A program made the position numbers and the translations under genes. Below are positions 1 to 9,714 of a stretch of 64,000 nt of DNA, piece after piece. Each line of letters opens with the position of its first letter. Within the stretch, counting starts at the first letter, position 1. The stretch spans positions 70,039-134,038 of the forward strand of contig CADASF010000005.1 of assembly GCA_902790465.1 (NCBI GenBank), in the 5' to 3' direction. The notes below the pieces were generated by a model. It made no database searches. It had not been told where the DNA came from and was given only the letters and a program-made list of their open reading frames with translations. The DNA comes from an uncultured bacterium (GTDB lineage Bacteria > Vulcanimicrobiota > CADAWZ01).

Positions 1-320
1 ATAAAAAAAGCAACACTACAGGTGGATGTGCTGAATTTCAGGTGGTAAATGAGATATTATTACATAATGAAAAATTTTATAGTGATAGTAAAGAAAATAA
101 TATCGATAATATCAGATTAACTTTTGCAGTTAGATTAAAACCTCAAGAAAAACTTATGTTAAAATTAATGAGAACAGGATTATTAGAAAGTACAGGATTC
201 GATGTCGAAAAAAAATGGTTTGCAATGCTTAATTATACGGCAACTGAGCATTTACCTTACTGTGATAATTGTAAATTTATGTTTGAAGGAAAGCCTACAC
301 TAAAAGAAAGTTTTATTTAA
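1..320 (+). CDS. Deaminase-fold protein (toxin-like), 5' end truncated by window edge (frame open from nt 3)
   Basis: Translation contains GGCAEFQVVNEILL ... PYCDNCKFMF. This is the same CAE / PYCxxC zinc-ligand motif pair as the four 'Deam' genes at 26-36 kb. Stop codon at 318-320. Confidence 0.6.
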   Translation, partial: KKSNTTGGCAEFQVVNEILLHNEKFYSDSKENNIDNIRLTFAVRLKPQEKLMLKLMRTGLLESTGFDVEKKWFAMLNYTATEHLPYCDNCKFMFEGKPTLKESFI

Positions 321-342
321 AATAAAAGGAGAATTTTATAAG

Positions 343-846
343 ATGAGAATATCAGAACATGATATTTATTGTTGTGAAAATTGGTGGCATGCTGTTGACA
401 AAAATGGCTATATTTTTTGTTGTATAACTTCTGGAACCCCTAATATTCCAGAATTTGCATGTTTAGATGATGATAAAAATAATTTTCTAAATAAATTTTT
501 TATATTCGATTTTGATAAAGAAAAAAATTTGGAAAATTTTGATTCAATTCCTGATGAAGTATTTAAAAAAATAATACTTGATACTTTTATAGAAGATGAT
601 AATTTTATACTTGCTCTAAAAGGTATTACTTCTTTTGATACAATAGTTAAATATCTTAACCCAAAAAGAAGAGCTGAATTTGATAAATATCCATATTGGT
701 ATAAAAAAGTGACACAACCAATTGAATTATTGCATTTCGATCAACTTCCTGAAGATATTCAAAAAATAATGGATTCCCGTAGAATGAATGATGTTGATGT
801 AACTAAAACTGATTATTTCTTTGTTCCTGCTAATCCCAATTACTAA
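343..846 (+). CDS. Cognate partner (putative immunity) protein of the deaminase-fold family
   Basis: Carries the WHAVDKNGYIFCCITSG..PEF and YPYWYKK...LHFDQLPEDIQKIMDSRRM motifs shared with 25486-26187, 28040-28516, 30557-31261 and 34929-35414. RBS AAAGGAG lies 22 nt after the upstream stop. Confidence 0.6.
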   Translation: MRISEHDIYCCENWWHAVDKNGYIFCCITSGTPNIPEFACLDDDKNNFLNKFFIFDFDKEKNLENFDSIPDEVFKKIILDTFIEDDNFILALKGITSFDTIVKYLNPKRRAEFDKYPYWYKKVTQPIELLHFDQLPEDIQKIMDSRRMNDVDVTKTDYFFVPANPNY

Positions 847-867
847 TTGTGAAATCATAGCATAACA

Positions 868-922
868 AAAAACAAATAGCTTGTCTGAACGACTATTCAG
901 GCAAGCTATTTTGTTTTTTGTT
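868..922. terminator. Bidirectional rho-independent terminator (about 24-bp near-perfect stem) between the convergent partner gene and fusA
   Basis: acaaaaaacaaatagcttgtctgaa / ttcaggcaagctattttgttttttgt inverted repeat, flanked by T runs. Confidence 0.6.
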
Positions 923-936
923 ACCACGCTAACAGG

Positions 937-3006
937 CTATTTCTTTTCATTAGCCATCTTCACAACTTCTTCAGCCATTGATTCTGGAAGTCTTTCATAA
1001 TCCAAGAACTCCATTGAGAAATTGGCTCTTCCGCTACTCAAACTTCTTAATGTTGTTGCATATCCAAACATCTCTTTTAAAGGTACAGTTCCATTAATTT
1101 TTTGAGAACCTTTTCTGAATCTTCTCATATTTGAAACTTTTCCTCTTCTTCTTGTGAGATCTCCAATAATATCGCCTAAATATGAGTCAGGTGAGTTGAT
1201 TTCTATCTTCATTATTGGTTCAAGAAGAACAGGAGATGCATGCTTAAATGCGTCTTTAAATGCCATTGAACCACAAGTTCTGAATGCCATTTCTGAAGAA
1301 TCGACAGGGTGATAAGAACCATCGAGAAGTGTAACTTTGACATCAACTACAGGATATTTTGCTATTGTTCCTTCTTCGAGTGCGTCAATGATACCCTTTT
1401 CAACAGCAGGAATATATTCTCTTGGAATATCTCCACCTTTGACAACTTCGTTAAATTCAAATCCTTTGCCTGGATTTGGCTCAATTCTGATTATGCAGTG
1501 AGCATAATGACCTTTACCGCCAGTCTGTTTAGCATATTTTGTATTTGAATTTCCTTCTGTTGTGATTGTCTCTCTGTAAGAGATTGAAGGCTCGCCTGCT
1601 TGAACAGGTACTTTAAATTCGGTTCTGATTCTATCAATTATTATTTCAAGATGAAGTTCTCCCATTCCAGAGATAATGGCTTCCTCTGTCTCTTCGTCAA
1701 AATGATAAGAGAATGAAGGGTCTTCAAGATGAAGTTTATTTAGAGCATTTCCAAGTTTATCTCTTTCCTGTCTTGAATCAACTATTGCTTTTACACTTAT
1801 AACTGCAGGTGGTACTGTTATATTTTCAAGAATAATTGGAGCATTTTGATCGCATAGAGTGTCGCCTGTTGTTGTTGATTTCATACCTATGAGAGCAACA
1901 ATATCGCCAGCTTGTGCTTCCTCTATTTCTTCTCTGTCTTTTGCAAAAATTCTCAAAATTCTGCCAATTCTCTCTCTTTTTTTCTTTGTTGAATTCCAAA
2001 CCATGTCCCCTGTCTTAATTTTACCAGAGTAAATTCTTATAAATGTCTGTTGACCTACAAATGGATCATGAATGATTTTAAATGCAAGAGCTGAGAATGG
2101 AGCAGATGGAACAGGTTGTCTTGTAAGTGATTTTTCTTTGTCATCAGGACTGTATCCAAGAACTTTACCAGCTTCTGTAGGAGCAGGTAAGTAATCAACT
2201 ATTGCATCGAGAAGAGGTTGTATACCCATATTTTTGTAGGCAGCTCCACAAAATACAGGAGTGAACAGTGCTTTATGAACACAATCAGCAGTTACTTTTC
2301 TTATTAAATCTGAAGAAATTTCTGAGTCTTTTCCTTCGAGATATTGTTCCATTATCTCATCATTGAATTCTGATAACTTTTCGAGCATTATGTTTCTGTA
2401 TTTTTTTGCACTTTCGAGTAGTTCCTCAGGAATATCTTTTACTCCATTGTTTCCCTCTTCATAAGAGACTAAAAACATGTCGATTAAATCGACTATTCCC
2501 AAGAAATCTCCATCTTTATACCAAGGAATTTGATATCTTACAGGATTTGCTCCCAACATCTCATCCATCATATCAATAGTTTTATTAAAATCAGCTCCTT
2601 CACGGTCCATTTTGTTGATAAAGGCGATGTGAGGAGTTCCAAATTTTTGTGCTTGATTCCATACTGTCTCTGACTGTGGCTGAACACCGCCGACTGCACA
2701 GAAAACTGCAACAACTCCGTCTAGAACTCTTAGAGATCTTTCGACTTCGAGCATGAAATCGACATGGCCAGGAGTGTCGATTAAATTTAATCTGTGTTCT
2801 CGCCAATTACAGCATATAGAAGCAGAGGCAATAGTAATTCCTCTTTCTTGTTCCTGTTTCATGAAGTCCATTGTTGCTTCTCCATTGTGGACTTCTCCTA
2901 ATTTTCTCAAAAAACCAGTATAGAATAAAATTCTTTCTGATACTGTTGTTTTTCCAGCATCTATGTGGGCTATTATTCCAAAATTTCTTACTTTACTTAA
3001 TGACAT
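937..3006 (-). CDS. fusA: Translation elongation factor G
   Basis: [17 protein letters not shown] and NKMDR GTPase motifs. Full EF-G domains II-V (689 aa). Confidence 0.95.
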   Translation of the reverse strand: MSLSKVRNFGIIAHIDAGKTTVSERILFYTGFLRKLGEVHNGEATMDFMKQEQERGITIASASICCNWREHRLNLIDTPGHVDFMLEVERSLRVLDGVVAVFCAVGGVQPQSETVWNQAQKFGTPHIAFINKMDREGADFNKTIDMMDEMLGANPVRYQIPWYKDGDFLGIVDLIDMFLVSYEEGNNGVKDIPEELLESAKKYRNIMLEKLSEFNDEIMEQYLEGKDSEISSDLIRKVTADCVHKALFTPVFCGAAYKNMGIQPLLDAIVDYLPAPTEAGKVLGYSPDDKEKSLTRQPVPSAPFSALAFKIIHDPFVGQQTFIRIYSGKIKTGDMVWNSTKKKRERIGRILRIFAKDREEIEEAQAGDIVALIGMKSTTTGDTLCDQNAPIILENITVPPAVISVKAIVDSRQERDKLGNALNKLHLEDPSFSYHFDEETEEAIISGMGELHLEIIIDRIRTEFKVPVQAGEPSISYRETITTEGNSNTKYAKQTGGKGHYAHCIIRIEPNPGKGFEFNEVVKGGDIPREYIPAVEKGIIDALEEGTIAKYPVVDVKVTLLDGSYHPVDSSEMAFRTCGSMAFKDAFKHASPVLLEPIMKIEINSPDSYLGDIIGDLTRRRGKVSNMRRFRKGSQKINGTVPLKEMFGYATTLRSLSSGRANFSMEFLDYERLPESMAEEVVKMANEKK

Positions 3007-3396
3007 ATTTATTCCTTATATATATTATCTCTTCTCTTATATTTACTTTAATTTTGAATTATGCCATTTTTCACAAAATATGTCAATACTTTTTTCTTGT
3101 GAAAATATTTTTATTTTTGTAACATTTTGTTAATTGAATTATTTAAATAAGTGTGTTATATTATAAATGTCATATTGACATGTTTTTTTATATAATTACA
3201 GGTGATTTTGCTGGATTATTATAAAAAATTAGAGAAAGGAGAAGTTGCTCAAAAAATATATTTTAAGATTGTAGATATTATTTATCTACTATGTAGCTGT
3301 AGAGATATTTAAGAGTCTATAATTTGATAGTGAAGAGTATTTCTGATTATCAATGAATTATATTTGATTGTTTTTTGAGTGGCAGTTATATAGATT

Positions 3397-3756
3397 ATGT
3401 TAGGAATGAATATGGGATTTGTACCAGGCTTTATGCCTCCACCACCTCCACCAATGGGAATGCCTGTTGGATTTGGTGGAATGAGACCTCTTGGAATGCC
3501 AATGATTGGCAGACCATTTGTCATGGGTTGTGGTGGTCTTGCAGGCGGTCTTCTCGGTGCTAATTTAGGTGGAATGACAGGAACCATGGTTGGCGGAGGA
3601 ATCGGAAGCCAAATCGGTGGAATGCTCGGACATAGTATCGGTGGATTTAGTGGTGCTGCTCTCGGTTCAGCTTTAGGTGCATTTACAGGCGGAATGCTTG
3701 GCGGTGCAGTTGGAAGTAATGTCGGTTGGCATGTAGGCTCAGGAATGATTTTCTAA
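3397..3756 (+). CDS. Small Gly/Met/Pro-rich glycine-zipper protein
   Basis: Repeated GxxxG/GxxxGxxxG runs and an N-terminal PPPPPPMGMP stretch. Locally high GC in an AT-rich genome. No clear SD sequence, and an antisense Pro-rich ORF also exists. Confidence 0.4.
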   Translation: MLGMNMGFVPGFMPPPPPPMGMPVGFGGMRPLGMPMIGRPFVMGCGGLAGGLLGANLGGMTGTMVGGGIGSQIGGMLGHSIGGFSGAALGSALGAFTGGMLGGAVGSNVGWHVGSGMIF

Positions 3757-3900
3757 ATTAAGCCTTTTATAATGAGTTTTGAATGGCTGTCATAACTCTT
3801 AGCTATGACAGCTCATTTATTTTTATTATTTTCTTTGTTCTTGACATTCTTGTTATATTTTGATAATATTAAGAAGTTTTTTTTTGGGAGGATAAACTCA

Positions 3901-5169
3901 ATGACTCAAGATCCACTTTTTGAATTGACTCGTTCGCCTCAACTCAATGTTCTTATTAATAGAACAAAAGAATTTTATGAAAATACTATAACAGATGCCG
4001 AGTTTAAGGAAAGTATAAAAACTTTAAATTCATTTAGAAGAGAATTTAGATCATTTTTGAGAGAGCAGATAAAGTTTAATGCCATGACTTCTACAATGAA
4101 GCAACAGACAGAAATTATTGAACAGTCTCTTGAGAAAATAAGAGAAGGTCTTGAAGAGATGTATTCTTATTTCAATGATAGGAAGCAGGAACACATAGAT
4201 TCAGGACTTACAAAATGCAAATCTGCTTTTGAAAAATTACATGACTCTATTGAATCAATACAAAAAGAGGAAAAAGATACCCAAAAAACTTATTCTAAAG
4301 CTCCTCTTCAGAATGAATTGATGAGAATTGGGTATGCTTTAATTGATGGCAAAGTATCTCCTGATGCTTTTAAAATCAAACTCGATTCTTTGAAAAATTC
4401 ACTTAGAATGTATTATGGTTATTTTGATAAAATAGTTCCTCAGCCTTCAGAAACAGAATTTTTCAAAGAAAATGGTTCTATTATAAAAAGTTGTGTCAGA
4501 GATTATATAAAAGCCCTTGAAGAAGTCGGTATATTTTTTAAAGATTTGAATACCGAACATATAAAAGTTGGGCTACAAAAATCAAATGAAGCTGCTGAAA
4601 AATTGATGGATTTTCAAAATCGCTTAAATGAGCTAAAATCTGTCAAAAATTGTTTTAGATGTGGCACAAAAAATTTGGCTTCTGCTAAAATTTGTTCATC
4701 CTGTGGAGCAACTCTTCCTGTTATTGGTGAGGAAGAAGGCGGAGAAAACATAGATGTTAGAGTTGATGAAGATAATAACATAAATAATACAAATCATGTT
4801 CAGACAGAGCTTACAAAAAAAGTGTCTGATCTCGTTGCAGATTTTAAAAGTAGAAAAATATCTTCATCAGAAGCAAAGAAAAATTTAAATCAAATAATAG
4901 ATTCAGTTGTACAAACTAAAAAAGATAAAGATAAATTTAAACTTCCAAGTGATTTAAATGAAGATAATGAATATACATCAATATTTAACAAAATGGAAAA
5001 TTTGATGATTTCTGGATTAAATGAAATGGAAGATGGTTTGAGAAAAATTGAATCTTGTTTTGAAATTGAAGATGATTCTCAAATTGATTTTGCTCTTGAA
5101 CAATTCTTTTTTGGGGCAGATAATCTCTCAAAAGTTGTTGTCATGTCAGAGAGTTTAAAAGATAGTTAA
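3901..5169 (+). CDS. Hypothetical coiled-coil protein with internal zinc-ribbon (CxxC-x12-CxxC)
   Basis: CFRCGTKNLASAKICSSCG. The start was moved to ATG 3901 (RBS GGGAGG). The ORF-track N-terminus 3805-3900 reads through a TTGACA/-10 promoter. Confidence 0.5.
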   Translation: MTQDPLFELTRSPQLNVLINRTKEFYENTITDAEFKESIKTLNSFRREFRSFLREQIKFNAMTSTMKQQTEIIEQSLEKIREGLEEMYSYFNDRKQEHIDSGLTKCKSAFEKLHDSIESIQKEEKDTQKTYSKAPLQNELMRIGYALIDGKVSPDAFKIKLDSLKNSLRMYYGYFDKIVPQPSETEFFKENGSIIKSCVRDYIKALEEVGIFFKDLNTEHIKVGLQKSNEAAEKLMDFQNRLNELKSVKNCFRCGTKNLASAKICSSCGATLPVIGEEEGGENIDVRVDEDNNINNTNHVQTELTKKVSDLVADFKSRKISSSEAKKNLNQIIDSVVQTKKDKDKFKLPSDLNEDNEYTSIFNKMENLMISGLNEMEDGLRKIESCFEIEDDSQIDFALEQFFFGADNLSKVVVMSESLKDS

Positions 5170-5937
5170 ATGAAACCAGCTGAAATATTTGAGAAAATAT
5201 TCAAAGAAAAATTAATTTTTAATTCAGATAAATTACAATTTATATCCTCAGTTATGTCTTGTTTTAGAGATATTCCTTATGAAAATATTTCTAAAATAAA
5301 TCTATTAAAACCGACATTGAGAACTCCTGAAATTGTTATGCATGATTTTGAAAAGTTTGGGTTAGGGGGGACTTGTTTTTCCTTAACTTGGCTTTTAAAA
5401 ATCGTGCTAAATTATTTTGGGGAAGAATTTGCAGTATATTCTGCAGATAGAACTTATGGAGAAAATACACATTGTGCAGGAGTTTGGACTGATTCAAATG
5501 GTGCTAAATATCTCCTCGATGTTGGTTATCTTATTTTTACCCCTGTTTTAATTCCTCAAAATGAAAAAGAATCGGAATTTTCTTTTGGTTCTTTTGATTT
5601 TAAAATTGTCAATTCAAATTCAAGACTTCAAGTGTATTCCAAGACAAAAAATGCTGATTATAAATTTCGATATGTCATAAAAATGGATAAGATTTCAGAT
5701 TCAGATTTTATGGATATATGGATAAAAAGTTTTGAATTTGCTATGATGAATAATATCATTGTCAATAAATATTTAGGTTCTGATTTGGTATATATAAAAG
5801 ATTGTAGAATAAATTTTACAGGAAAAGCAAAAAAAGTTTCGCAAGATGAAGTAATCAATTTTATTTCAGAATTGGGAATTTCATCAACTGAAACACAAAA
5901 GGCTTTTGAAAAGATAAAAAAAGATGGAAAAAGTTAA
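5170..5937 (+). CDS. Arylamine N-acetyltransferase-like (Cys-His-Asp fold) protein
   Basis: GGTCFSLTWLL ... HCAGVWTDSNGAKYLLDVGY resembles the NAT GGYCFE...HLALLV..YLVDVGFG motifs. Confidence 0.5.
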   Translation: MKPAEIFEKIFKEKLIFNSDKLQFISSVMSCFRDIPYENISKINLLKPTLRTPEIVMHDFEKFGLGGTCFSLTWLLKIVLNYFGEEFAVYSADRTYGENTHCAGVWTDSNGAKYLLDVGYLIFTPVLIPQNEKESEFSFGSFDFKIVNSNSRLQVYSKTKNADYKFRYVIKMDKISDSDFMDIWIKSFEFAMMNNIIVNKYLGSDLVYIKDCRINFTGKAKKVSQDEVINFISELGISSTETQKAFEKIKKDGKS

Positions 5938-6436
5938 ATTATTTTACGCAATTTTATTTAATGATACAGATATATTGGAAAAGGCAAAAGAACTCCTCAT
6001 TAAAAAATGGGGAGCTATTGATTTTGTCAGTAAGCCATTTCCTTTTGATGGCACTTCCTATTATGAAGAAGAAATGGGAAAAGACCTTTCGAGAATTTTT
6101 GTCTCTTTTGATGAATTACAGGCTCCTTCTATTTTGCCTGAATCAAAAAATGTAGCTACTGAGATAGAAAATGTTTTTGCTATTGATGGAAAAAGAAAAA
6201 TAAATCTCGATCCAGGTTATCTCGATTATGCAAAACTTGTGCTTGTAAGTGGAAAATATGCCCCTCATAAACTTTGGATAGCAGATGGTATGTATGCAGA
6301 TTTTACACTTATCTATTCAAAGGGAAAATTTCAAAAGTTCAACTGGACTTTTCCTGATTTTGCTAAGGGTATATATGATTCGTCTCTTTTAAAAATAAGG
6401 GAATTGTATAAAAAGAAAGTCAATTCAAGTCGGTAA
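5924..6436 (+). CDS. Conserved hypothetical protein (DUF4416-like)
   Basis: Overlaps the upstream gene by 14 nt (operon). Identity assigned from the sequence pattern alone. Confidence 0.4.
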   Translation: MEKVKLFYAILFNDTDILEKAKELLIKKWGAIDFVSKPFPFDGTSYYEEEMGKDLSRIFVSFDELQAPSILPESKNVATEIENVFAIDGKRKINLDPGYLDYAKLVLVSGKYAPHKLWIADGMYADFTLIYSKGKFQKFNWTFPDFAKGIYDSSLLKIRELYKKKVNSSR

Positions 6437-6536
6437 ATAGAGCGTGTTGGTAAATTGTTTTCGCAACTTTTTGGGTGCAAAGAGGAGAAGCGGAAATCAA
6501 TTTCCGTAACCAAGATAGCCTCTATTTATAGGTGAT

Positions 6537-6567
6537 GTCATTGCGAGGGAGCTGTGCGACCGTGGCA
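6537..6567. repeat. MITE-like repeat, partial copy A (core + right part), forward
   Basis: gtcattgcgagggagctgtgcgaccgtggca is identical to 19482-19512. Its reverse complement lies at 8022-8055. Confidence 0.7.
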
Positions 6568-6642
6568 ATCTCAAAGGCTTAATTTAACAAAAATTATTTT
6601 TTATGAGAGAAGGACGGCTGAAGAGCCAGAAGAGGAGAGAAA

Positions 6643-8016
6643 ATGGCAAAGAAAAAAGTTGAAGAACTCACAATAGAAGAAAAATTACAAAATGCACTTA
6701 TACCAGAAAAAGACCAGCCTTATAAAATCCCTCAAAATTGGTGTTGGGTAAAAATTATGAATATAGGTGAAGTAGTTACAGGAAGCACACCAAATACAAA
6801 AGAAAAATCATATTTTGGAGGAAATGTTCCCTTTATAAAACCTGCAGACATTGATCAAGGAAGATATATTATATTTTCTAAAGATACATTAAGTGAAGAA
6901 GGAAAAAATGTATCTCGTCCTGTACCTAAAGGGTCAACTTGTATATGTTGTATAGGTACAATAGGAAAATGTGGATACTTAATGGTTGATGCTGTAACCA
7001 ATCAACAAATAAACACAATTATTCCTTATAAGATAGTAAATAGCTTATTTGTTTATTATTATTGTATTAGTGATTATTTTCAATGTACCATAATTAATAA
7101 CTCTTATGCAACAACTATATTTATAATAAAAAAATCTAAAATGTCAAGTTTACCCTTTCCTCTTCCTCCATTAGCAGAACAGGAGAGGATAGCAAATAAA
7201 CTTGATAATTATATTTCTAAACTCGATGAGGCAAAAGAAAAATTAGAAAAAGTTGTTGATACTTATGAATTTAGAAAATCTGTAATTTTACACAAAGCAT
7301 TTACTGGTCAACTGACTAAAAATTGGCGAAAAGAAAATAAATTTGAATTAGATGATGATATAAAAAAGAAAGCAATAACTAAAGATTCAATGCTACCTGA
7401 TGAATATCTATATGAAATTCCTGAAAATTGGCGTTGGGTTAGATTAGGTAATATAGGAGAAATAGTTACAGGAAGTACACCCAATACAAAAGATAAATCT
7501 TATTTTGGTGGAAATGTTCCTTTTATAAAACCAGCAGAACTTGATCAAGAAGAAAATATAATATCATCTACAGAAACATTGACAGAAAAAGGCAAGAATA
7601 TTTCTCGTCCTGTTAGAAAAGGTTCAACTTGCATTTGTTGTATTGGTACAATAGGAAAATGTGGATACTTAAGAGTAGAAGCAGTCACTAATCAGCAGAT
7701 TAATACAGTAATTCCTTATGATTTTCTTGATGATTTATTTGTATATTATTATTGTTGTAGTAAGTTTTTTAAGAAAGTTATAAGAACATCAAAATTACCT
7801 TTTCCTCTTCCACCCATTGAAGAACAGAAAGAGATTGTAAAAATTCTTGATTCTTTTTTGACAAAAGAAAAACAGGTTAAAGAAATAGCAGAAAAAGAGA
7901 TAGAGAGAGTTGAGGAGCTAAGGGAAAATCTTTTAACTCGTGCATTTGGTGGAATCCTTGGAACAAATAATCCAAATGAAGAAAATTCAATCGAATTATT
8001 AAAAACAGTGCTGTAA
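6643..8016 (+). CDS. hsdS: Type I restriction-modification specificity subunit HsdS (orphan)
   Basis: Two TRDs plus central and C-terminal conserved repeats (LPFPLPPLAEQERIA / LPFPLPPIEEQKEIV). No hsdM or hsdR in the window. Confidence 0.85.
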   Translation: MAKKKVEELTIEEKLQNALIPEKDQPYKIPQNWCWVKIMNIGEVVTGSTPNTKEKSYFGGNVPFIKPADIDQGRYIIFSKDTLSEEGKNVSRPVPKGSTCICCIGTIGKCGYLMVDAVTNQQINTIIPYKIVNSLFVYYYCISDYFQCTIINNSYATTIFIIKKSKMSSLPFPLPPLAEQERIANKLDNYISKLDEAKEKLEKVVDTYEFRKSVILHKAFTGQLTKNWRKENKFELDDDIKKKAITKDSMLPDEYLYEIPENWRWVRLGNIGEIVTGSTPNTKDKSYFGGNVPFIKPAELDQEENIISSTETLTEKGKNISRPVRKGSTCICCIGTIGKCGYLRVEAVTNQQINTVIPYDFLDDLFVYYYCCSKFFKKVIRTSKLPFPLPPIEEQKEIVKILDSFLTKEKQVKEIAEKEIERVEELRENLLTRAFGGILGTNNPNEENSIELLKTVL

Positions 8017-8021
8017 CTAGA

Positions 8022-8092
8022 AGCTCCCTCGCAATGACAAAGTGGCAGTGTACAGCTATATATTGGATAGTTTATAGCAAATTTTTATTTAC
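8022..8092. repeat. MITE-like repeat, partial copy B (left part + core), inverted relative to copy A. Abuts the hsdS stop codon.
   Basis: The reverse complement matches 19422-19498 at about 95%. Confidence 0.7.
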
Positions 8093-8268
8093 TTATTTTT
8101 TAAAATCAAATAGCAAAACGAGTTAAATTTAAATTTATAAATACAATTTCTAAGATTTGTACCGCACAAAAGTTGCTATTGGAAAGTTTAACATGCTCTA
8201 TTATTGTTCAATTTGACTTGACGACTTAATAATAAAATTTAAAGAATTTGGAGAAGAATAAAAAAAAA

Positions 8269-9660
8269 ATGAATAGACATAAAATGCCTGAACAGGACCC
8301 AAATATAAGAAAGAATAATTTTGAGGAAGTTGCTCTTGGATATGATGAAGAGACAGCTGTGGAAGAAGCAAAAAGATGTCTTCAGTGTAAAAATCCACAG
8401 TGTAGAAAAGGCTGTCCTGTCCATGTAAACATTCCTGAATTTATAAAGAATATAAAAGAAAGAAAATTTGATACAGCAATTTCTGTTATAAAAGAATCAA
8501 ATTCACTTCCTGCCGTATGTGGAAGAGTTTGTCCACAGGAAAATCAATGTGAAAAACATTGTGTATTGGGAATTAAAAATGAGCCTGTCGCAATAGGAAA
8601 TTTAGAGAGATTTGTGGCAGATAAAGACCTTGAAAAGGCAGAAGAACCACAAAAAATAGAATTTAAAGAAAATGCTCCAAAAATTGCAATAATTGGCTCT
8701 GGTCCAGCAGGTCTATCCGCAAGTGGAGACCTTGTAAAATTGGGTTATAAAGTTACAATATTCGAGGCATTACACAAAGCAGGTGGAGTTTTGTCTTATG
8801 GAATCCCTGAATTTAGACTTCCAAAAGATAAGATCGTTAAAAAAGAGATAGAAAATTTGGAAAAATTGGGTGTTGAAATAAAATTAAACTCAATAGCTGG
8901 AAAGTTATTTTCTATAGATGAACTTTTTGAAGAAGGTTATAGTGCTGTTTTTGTCGGAACTGGTGCTGGTCTTCCACATTTCATGAATATAAAAGGTGAA
9001 AATTTTAATGGTGTTTATTCTGCCAACGAATTTTTGACAAGATGTAATTTGATGAAAGCATATAAATTTCCTGAATATGCGACACCTATTTCTGTTGGAA
9101 AAAATGTTGCTGTAGTTGGTGGTGGAAATGTTGCTATGGATTCAGCAAGAAGTGCAAAAAGACTCGGAGCTGAAAAAGTTTTTATCATATACAGAAGAAG
9201 TGAAGAAGAACTTCCTGCAAGAAAAGAAGAAGTCAAACATGCCAAAGAAGAAGGCATAGAATTTTTGTTGTTGTCAAATCCTGTTGAAATAATAGGATAT
9301 GATAATGGTTGGGTAAAACAAATAAAATGTATAAAAATGGAATTGGGAGAACCTGATTCTTCAGGAAGAAGAAGACCTATAGAAATCAAAGATTCTGAAT
9401 TTACAGTTGATGTTGATTCAATTATAATGGCAATAGGACAAGGGCCAAATCCTGTTTTATCATCTTCATCTCCAAATTTACAATTAAATAAAAGAGGCAA
9501 TATTATTGTTAATGAGGAAACTCTTGAAACATCTATTGAAAATGTCTTTGCAGGTGGCGATATTGTAACAGGTGCCGCAACAGTTATACTTGCAATGGGG
9601 GCAGGTAAAAAAGCAGCAAAAGCAATAGATGAAAAATTGAAAAATCAAAGGGAAAAGTAA
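8269..9660 (+). CDS. gltD: NADPH-dependent glutamate synthase small-subunit-like FAD/NAD(P) oxidoreductase (GltD/SudA family)
   Basis: N-terminal 2x[4Fe-4S] Cys clusters CLQCKNPQC.../CGRVCPQENQCEKHC. GSGPAG and GGGNVAMD dinucleotide motifs. Confidence 0.8.
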   Translation: MNRHKMPEQDPNIRKNNFEEVALGYDEETAVEEAKRCLQCKNPQCRKGCPVHVNIPEFIKNIKERKFDTAISVIKESNSLPAVCGRVCPQENQCEKHCVLGIKNEPVAIGNLERFVADKDLEKAEEPQKIEFKENAPKIAIIGSGPAGLSASGDLVKLGYKVTIFEALHKAGGVLSYGIPEFRLPKDKIVKKEIENLEKLGVEIKLNSIAGKLFSIDELFEEGYSAVFVGTGAGLPHFMNIKGENFNGVYSANEFLTRCNLMKAYKFPEYATPISVGKNVAVVGGGNVAMDSARSAKRLGAEKVFIIYRRSEEELPARKEEVKHAKEEGIEFLLLSNPVEIIGYDNGWVKQIKCIKMELGEPDSSGRRRPIEIKDSEFTVDVDSIIMAIGQGPNPVLSSSSPNLQLNKRGNIIVNEETLETSIENVFAGGDIVTGAATVILAMGAGKKAAKAIDEKLKNQREK

Positions 9661-9714
9661 GAAGAAAAGTAAATATAAAAATATAATTGTATTTATTTTT
9701 GGAGAAAAAGTTAT

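Noticed and set aside
727-927. 66-aa minus-strand ORF overlapping the 3' end of the partner gene and the terminator
   Set aside because: It lies antisense to a well-supported CDS and runs into the terminator hairpin. It has no RBS and is AT-rich low complexity.
1309-3122. Plus-strand ORFs 1309-1548 and 2871-3122, and minus-strand 2600-2806, inside or antisense to fusA
   Set aside because: fusA occupies the region with strong homology. These are shadow ORFs.
3309-3587. Pro-rich 92-aa minus-strand ORF and 62-aa plus-strand ORF 3375-3563 overlapping the Gly-zipper gene
   Set aside because: These are alternative frames of a GC-rich repeat-coding stretch. The Gly-zipper frame is longer and biologically coherent, but strand choice is not certain (confidence kept low).
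3805-3900. N-terminal 32 codons of ORF 3805-5169 (MTAHLFLLFSLFLTFLLYFDNIKKFFFGRINS)
   Set aside because: It reads through a TTGACA-N17-TATAAT-like promoter and a GGGAGG RBS. The start was moved to ATG 3901.
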